This document shows, one piece after another, positions 55,573-64,000 of a stretch of 64,000 nt of DNA. Position numbers and translations under genes: made by a program. Positions within the stretch are counted from its first letter, which is position 1. The number at the start of each line of letters is the position of its first letter. The DNA comes from the human T2T-CHM13v2.0 reference genome, Homo sapiens, in the NCBI RefSeq assembly GCF_009914755.1, contig NC_060929.1; one strand, given 5' to 3'. The notes under the pieces were generated by a model. The model was not told the DNA's origin and made no database searches. It was given only the letters and a program-made list of their open reading frames with translations.

Positions 55573-58254
55573 GTAAGTTGTGTGAGCCGCTCCTTTCAAC
55601 ATTTGCAGAATTTTCTACTGGCTGCATGCACCCAGCAGATCCTTTATTTGTGAATTTTAGTAGTCTGATTGCTGCTATGGAAATGTGATCCAAAATCATG
55701 ATATTTTCCTGTGATAAGTGAAGTTCACAAGGAAGAAATCAACATATGTTTCTTTTTCTTTTTTGGGGGGAAAAGTGTAATACACATCTGCATGTTACCT
55801 TTTATTCTGGCAGCTGCAGCTTAAGCAGGCTTTTTCTATCAGCTCTCCTACATTACAGGCAGTATAAGAAACAAACAACAAGACAAGATGATTCAAGTTC
55901 CGATAGCTAAAGGAATTCCAATCAAATAAGGCTACTGTATGTCAGCTTTCCAGATTAGTAGAAAATAAAATGGGCAAAATTCTACTGTCAGACATAGTAT
56001 AGTAATCCAAGAGAAGTAAATTAGGCCCCGTTGTTTATAAGATGAAGTACCCACTTAAGCTAAGAAACTGCCACTGGCCCTTCTAGCCTGACTTACAGAA
56101 TTCAGGACTTTCTCTGTACTCATTACTTGCTGGAGGCATCTGGTCCAGAGCCCAAACTTCAGTCATTTCTGTGCCACTAATACTATAACTTACTTAAATT
56201 TGAACATGAAACTTTATACAAATTCCTTTATACAAATGTTAATCCATTTTTATACAAATGGATTAAAAAATATTACGAAGAAAGGTAAAGGTAATCGTCA
56301 ATTGATAGTTGAAACACCGATATTGAATTCTAGCCATAGGCTGTTGCCTGCAGAAAGCTCTGAGCTGAGATTCTGCTTTTTCTTTTTTTTTTTTTTTAAA
56401 AAAAGAAAAAAAAAAAAAAAGCAGGTGTTAGGAGATAAAGACAGAGTAGGACCAGACTATGATGTTTTTCTTGCAGTAATGAAGAATTAGAAGAGAACTA
56501 AAAGGATTAACTGTTTTCCATCTTAAGTATCACTTAAAGGCATCTAGAATACCTCTGTTGGTATGAATCCAGCAGTGCAGAAACATTTCTCTAATCTAAC
56601 ACACTTCATTTCATATGTGAGGAAACTAAAGGTCCAGTTAGAGTAAGGATGGAATCCACTGTTGTACACTGCTCTTTCTTTAGTACACTTCTGCGTAATG
56701 ACCCACGGATGTCTAAGTGTTCTTTTTAGGGGGTGTAGGGTGGGGGCAGTTGCCTGTTTTTCAAAGGCACACATCAAAAATTGTAACCCTATTAATTACT
56801 GAGAGAAATCTTTCTCAACAATATATTGGATCTAAATACATGCTTGTAAATTTTAGACTAGGACATATTCCATCTCTGTAATAGCATAAAAAGGAGCCAA
56901 TTAACTTCGTTCCAGCATTCTAATAAATACATAGTCACAATGAGAAGTTATAACCTTAAACTGTTGTAGATTGTTAAAGATCGTGTTGTAGGTATGTGTC
57001 AGCTAAACTTACTGGCAGAAGGCACTACATCTTCACTGTAGAGCAGATTTGGTGACATATTGGATATCCTAGTTTCGGAACAAAATCACTGAACATTATG
57101 AACGTATTACAAAATCTCCCTGGCAGTAAAATCTTGCCCTGTGAGTTTTTATTCCTTCTACATAATTACCTTTCATTTCAATTGAAAAATAATAAAAAAT
57201 TCTCTCTCTAGCATTAAAACTATACTTTGTAAAATGACTTGTCATCAAAGCAAAATAAGATTGGCATGACTTTTTGTTTGTTTTCATTAAATAGTTTAGA
57301 AGAACCTACTTCTCTTTTGGGAAAAAGCTTTTAATTGTTAGCTTAAGGAACAATAAACCACACTTCTCTTATTGGAAAATCTTTCTTGGTACATAGTAAA
57401 CACTGAATAAATATTTGTTGAAAAATAATATAGTAAATAAAGTTAAAGAATAGCAGAGTTCTTACCTACAAGTGTTTTTTTAATACCGTTTTTTGACTCT
57501 TAATTGACTCTTCATCAGGTATATACAATGATATTTAACAGTAGCTAAACATAATCTTACAAGTAGAGATTCCATCTGCCAGATACTATAATTGTCCTCT
57601 GACTTTTATCTACACTGAAAATGGGAATTTTTCCTAGGAAATGGTCTGGCCTCCCTACAAATTTAATGGCAGTTCAAGATAAAAGTTAAATGAAATACAA
57701 TGAAGAATAAGATAATAATTATGTGTTTTGTGTTATATTGCTGCTGGTTGAATAAAAGTTTTTTTTTTTGTTAATAAGAATCTCACTTATCACTGTGTTT
57801 TCATCAGGTTCAAATACCTAACCCAATCCATTTCGGACTAAACAGGGCTAATACCTGTATCTAGTCATGTAGGCATAGGAAGGTGCTCATTGCTCCAACA
57901 TCAATGAAATTCCAGTTGCTTTGCATATTTCTTCCTATGTCTATGTGTCATGATACTGGGGCTTTAAGGAATGTTTTGGCTTTTTCTCATATGGTTAAAT
58001 CCTTATGAGTCTTTCTGAATTCAACTTTACCTGGTAAATAGTTGTCCTAAGGACATCTCATCTCTTGCTCTCACTCTCTCCTTTCTTTTTTGCGGTGTTG
58101 GGGAAGCATGCTTCTCATTGTACCAGACACATAACCAGTTTGGACTTACCCCAAATGTTCAAGGCATTATCCATGCAGTTATTTGCTCTTGTCAATTTTG
58201 TGCATGCTCTTTGGAAGGCATAAGATTGCCATAGGAAGAAGGGAACCTTTCTGA

Positions 58255-58443
<189 letters not shown>

Positions 58444-60653
58444 TAATTAATAAATCAAACCAGCAAAGCACCCTAAAATGATGGTCCAACTTAAAAGAAT
58501 GTTTCTGTAACTCTCATTTAATGTACTCTTTCCCTATTACGTTATTCAGCCCCATTCTGAAAACATTCCTAGTTACAGTGATTTGGAAGTACCATAAGAA
58601 GCTTAAGTGGAATAGGAGACAATACATGCGGGATTTTTATTTGCATGTAAATCTCATCTCAATGAGAGCAGAACTGCATCCTAGGTGTGACTGTGATATT
58701 CAGGAATGAATAGGACTCATCAATTAAATTTTGTCCTATGTATTTTAAGCAAACTCAAAAGAATGTAAAGTTGAAATAAAAATAAAAGATACCAGAAATT
58801 ACATCCTAGAATGAAAGTTATCACCCTAAAGTGATCACTTTTTTATGGTTCTTTCTCCATTTCATTATTTCAAAATCATACCACTTTTTAAAAAGTACAT
58901 TAACAGTCTCCAAATTATTCTACCTTATTTATAATATTTATCTGATCAATGTTTAGTTGTTTCTCCCCACATAAAACCCATTCTTAAAACATAAATATTT
59001 GTCAATAATCAAAACATTGCATTTTCCTGGGTGAATTCTAAAGGTGGTATTAGAATAGCATTTATATAATTGTTCAGCCTTTTACCCAAATGCTTTGAAA
59101 GAGGCAACTCTCAGTTGCATCTTACAAACTGTTTTTTTTTTGTTTGATAAATCAGACATGACTTTGCTAAAGCCTCAAGTATAATCCATAAAAATTACAA
59201 GTATTTGTCCTAGTCTCATTAAATAATGCATCTAAATTACATTCATTTTAATGTATAGCAGTAACACATACTAGATGTTGAAGACAGTAAGTATTTAATG
59301 ACTTACCCTAGGAGAGCATATATCATGCATATAAACTGGACAGCACACATATAAAAAGTATGAGGACATCCTCGATTAACGTGTATAAATGTGGCTGTTA
59401 CTTGGACATATGAAAAAAAGATAGGGCAAGCTCCATCACTCCTAGGTTAAATGATTTTTAATGGGTATTTTTATGAAAAAATGAACAGACCACATTGAAA
59501 TATGATGTGGAGATGTAATTTTACTTCAAGAGTACCACTGTGAGGCAAGATGCTGTTTCTTTATTAATGTACTTATTATGACCACGGGACTGTACATACC
59601 ATAAAGGCTCAGTATTTTCTTAAATGAATGGATGCTGTTCACATATTCTCAAGACTATGTAGTAAAATTAAGTGTATGCACTCTGTCTCTGGTCAAACTG
59701 AAACAAGGTGCCTATATTCTGAATAATAACTCCCTTATCAGTTCATTTACCATCTTTAAAAGATTGTTAAGCAGAAGAAGAGCATATGATAGAAGGGAAA
59801 TGCAGTAGGAGGGACGGCTTAAATAAAGGGATCTCAGACTTGGGAAAGTCTGCACTAAACTAAGATTAAAACCTTTTCCTCCCTCTTTGCCAGCCTTTTC
59901 CCTGTCTAGCTCTGAGCTGATCAGTCCTCTCTCTTTGTCTCTTGGCTACTCAGGAAATATACCTAGAAATCAGAGTTTTGGATACCCTGTGATCAAGACA
60001 ATCAATTTCAAGGTTCACTAGGAATCCAGAAACATTTTCCTGTTTTAACCACTTAGCTTTGATTAAGCCATAGCCAGGAGGTCAGAGCCATGGCCAACAA
60101 GGTAGACTGGTAACTTCAGTATCTCCCTTAACTAATATTCTCTCAATGGGTTATCTGTAAAAATTCCATTTGACCCAATGGAGAGAGGCCTGTAATTTGG
60201 AACAAAGGATAACAAACAATCTTTAGGAATTTATTGCTTTAAATTACAAAATTATCAAACCAGTTAATCCTAAACTTCATTTATATTCTACCCTCAACAT
60301 TTCTGCTACATCCCAATGCCATCTGTATTATTATTTATCCCTCTGTATTATTTATTGTTCTTTGCCTCTGCCCATTTTTTAAAAATTACCCTTGCCCTAA
60401 TTAACAAACATGTTGCAAAATGAATTTGATGTACTAACCTTTGTGACAACCTTTAAAATACATATATAAATATTCAATTGAAATGTTTTTGTCTATCCTG
60501 ATACCACCTAAAATCAATGGGCATGCCACCAGTAGCAGTACCTGCTCCACATTTTCTGCAACTGAACCAAAGATCTTATATTTCGATTATAAATCCTGGC
60601 ATTGAACACATACAATGAGTTGGCTTTGCAAGATGAGCTGTTCAGTTAGCTGA

Positions 60654-61055
<402 letters not shown>

Positions 61056-61370
61056 AAGAGAATAAGTTAACCACAAAATAAGACTTTTTGCCATCATATG
61101 GTCAATATTTTAGCTTTTATTGTAAAGCCCCTATGGTTCTAATCAGCGTTATCCGGGTTCTGATGTCAGAATCCTGGGAACCTGAACACTAAGTTTTAGG
61201 CCAAAATGAGTGAAAACTCTTTTTTTTTCTTTCAGATGCACAGGGAATGCACCTATTATTGCTATATAGATTGTTCCTCCTGTAATTTCACTAACTTTTT
61301 ATTCATGCACTTCAAACAAACTTTACTACTACATTATATGATATATAATAAAAAAAGTTAATTTCTGCAC
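61056..61370 (+). other. KCNN2: KCNN2 3' UTR (3' end approximate)
   Basis: Sequence between the stop codon and the expected cleavage site ~20 nt after AATAAA. Confidence 0.75.
61347..61352 (+). terminator. Polyadenylation signal AATAAA of KCNN2
   Basis: First canonical hexamer after the stop; upstream TGTA motifs at 61101 and 61281; GT/T-rich sequence (cgtttggt) downstream. Confidence 0.8.
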
Positions 61371-62654
61371 ATACTCGTTTGGTCACTTGACATTTCTAAA
61401 GCTTCACTTCTCATATTATTTTCAAGGTAAAATAGCGGATTATCATCTGATGCACACTGATAATTTTGATAGCCAAAAGTTTGGCTGGTTGGAAAAAAAG
61501 ACTTTCAATTCCTCTATACCCTACTCCTAAGATTTTTCTCTTGTTATGAATTATTTGCATCAATCATTTGAACCAGCATAGCTTATTATTTTTTTGTTTG
61601 CAGTGTCTCATTTTTAATTCAATTTTTTTCAAAATGTAGAAAGTCTTTTATCAGAACATATACAAATAAGGAGGAGAGATGCTTTCAAGAATTTTTTAAT
61701 TCCCAGTTTACACCACTGGGTACACCCAGTGGTACACCACTGTCTGTAAACAGATGGTGCAGAATTTTAGTTCTAAACTAGTTATTTCATATCTTTCCCT
61801 TTATTTATTATGAAAGGCCAAGCATGCACTTTTTGAATGTTTGGGGCCCACCTGTGTATATTCATAGATACATGTTGGCATACAACAGCATAGTGAATAT
61901 ACATAAGCCTAACTCCTAACATATCCTCTAGTAAGTGATCTCCTCTTGGTCTGTATGTACATATTTAACACATGTCAATAGCATCTAGTAAATTTCACGT
62001 GTTTTAGGACACTTGTTTCATGGATGGTTAAGGTCAGTTTGTGTGAAAGAGAACTGAGTGGTTATTGCTACAAACCTATCTGTTTGCAAATTTGCTCTAA
62101 GAATCCACTGGGTTTAGAAGAACCGTGTGTGAGATGATAGCAATACGGAATTTCCTCATGTGGTGTTATTCCCAAGAGTGTACAAGAAAGCTGATGGTGG
62201 TAGGGATAATGCGTCTTAAAAATAAGGCTTCGTTTGGACAGCTCTGAAAGCAATCTGCTTGTATCAGCCTAAACCTAAAAATACTCCATTTTCAGGGCAA
62301 TCTGTTTCAGAAGCTTTTGTCCCCCCGCCCTCCACTTCATTTGATACCATACCCTTTGGTGTCAGCCTTACAACATTGCAAGTTGCTAGTATAATATGTT
62401 TTTCCTTCTTTAGCACAAACTGGAGTGATATATTTGATCCACCCTACATAGTCCAATGGATAAAATAACATTCATAACATTCTTCATAATTAATTAAAAA
62501 ACCAAACAGTTCCTTTCAATATCAAGGATATAAAACTGATTGCTTTAGATTGCATGAGAACCACTTGCCATTTACTATCTATCCAAAATGGCTGAAACTA
62601 AAGCCCATTCATGTGGCTTATATATGCCTGTGTTGGATAGAATGAGGCCTGGAA

Positions 62655-62682
62655 TTTTTTTTTTTTTTTTTTTTTTTTTTTT
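62655..62682. repeat. Poly(T)28 run
   Basis: Read directly; no attached Alu or L1 body and no TSD seen. Confidence 0.9.
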
Positions 62683-64000
62683 GATAATAAGTGGAAGAAA
62701 AACAGAACACTGGTTATAGAAACATACTGCCAGGTTAAATGAACATCAAGATCCTACTTTATCAAGATTTCTACTTCATGGATGAAATTAAAATCTCATT
62801 TTATGTATTTTGGGTTACATGCAAGAATATATCAAGCATTTGTTATAAACACTGGATGTAAGGAGAAATTTTGGAAAAAAATATTAATTTGTTCTTACAA
62901 TTTATGTAGTTAATTCTTGTATCTTCTACCTTTGTTGTGACTAAAAGGCAGAGTAGCAGCTGAAGTTTATCATCTTACAGATCAATGAACACTATCACCC
63001 CAGAACACTAGGGGACTAGGGAAAAAATAATGTATTGCTTCTCTGTCAAAGATGAGAGAAGACAAAGATTTTAATTTATATTTCTTTGCCTTGCATTTAT
63101 TCTCTTCTTTTTAACTGTAGCTCTTCTAGAATAAGTTACTCTGTTATCCTTCAAAATCAATTTTACATTTCCTATTCTATGCAGAGTATATGAAAACTGG
63201 TAAATATTAAATCTTTTATTTCTATTTTTTAAATGCTAAATAACCACAGTTTTAAAAGGAGGAGGGGACCCCTCGGTTACATAGACATTCTGGCCTGTGA
63301 CTTGCTGAATCAACCCCACTTTAGGCAGAGCTACCAAGTCTCCTCCCAAATGGCTTTGAACATTAGGCAGAGTCCTCTGAGGGCTGCTTAGAGGACTGCT
63401 CTTGTGGTGATAAATGCCCTTACTTGCATTTTGCTTTTCAGAATTCCTAATAATGATTGAGTTCTGTTTGTCTCATCTCAGCCTGCCACACCCTGGTCTG
63501 TTTCTCTACAGCCAGCACAAGCCATTTGGCTTCTGCAAATCATTTTAAATTACAATGGCACCACCTTCCTCAATAATTTTCTTCATTTCCTCCACTTATA
63601 CTCAGTGTCGAGGTTAGTCACTAGAAAGAAGACCCTGTGCTCTTACAGAAATGAGGATGAGCCAAATGCATAACAGGTACTAAATTTTGGAAATTTCATG
63701 TGCTTTCTCCCTAGTTTCTCCTCCCTTTCTGTTTGTTTTCCAAGAGTCTCTGCATCAAAACATCTACAGTAATCAAGTAATTATGCTCCAAAACAGAATT
63801 TGTGAATTCTGATAAAAAGCTAGGGGTTAGGGTTAATATGGGCATCGAGCAATGGATTAAATAATACAGTCCTCCTATTTTTGAGCTTTGCTCAGTTTTG
63901 AGAAATAGCATGGCAAAGTGGAAGGAGTCAGACTTGGGTGTGGAACTTAGCCCTGCCACTCACTAGCTCTGTGCACCTGAACACCATTGATTCTCGGAGA

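Noticed and set aside
62655-62682. Poly(T)28 as a solo retrotransposon tail
   Set aside because: No TSD or element body visible; treated as a simple repeat
63820-63836. Telomere-like ttagggtta
   Set aside because: Fewer than two full units; expected by chance

Overview
Primate (most likely human) genomic DNA, AT-rich and full of Alu, L1, MIR, L2 and DNA-transposon relics. It holds the 3' half of KCNN2 (SK2/KCa2.2, small-conductance Ca2+-activated K+ channel) on the + strand. Five constitutive coding exons lie at 27926-28067 (pore, GYG filter), 37925-38035 (S6), 51923-52050 (calmodulin-binding domain), 58275-58344 and 60768-61055 (last exon, stop). A short 3' UTR carries AATAAA at 61347. Positions 1-27925 are the distal part of a long intron; the 5' exons are outside the window. 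Nearly all ORFs in the supplied track are spurious or transposon-derived. The best signals not covered by the track are: a 9-nt 'ARK' microexon at 55564-55572 (a known SK2 variant); a well-formed stop-containing candidate cassette exon at 14129-14244, followed by a Z-DNA tract and a CTCF motif; a candidate 60-nt antisense exon at 50347-50406; and a young L1PA2/L1HS-like insertion with a twin-priming inversion at 40898-41201. I see no evidence for a wholly new gene system. The most plausible undescribed biology is splicing-level control of KCNN2.
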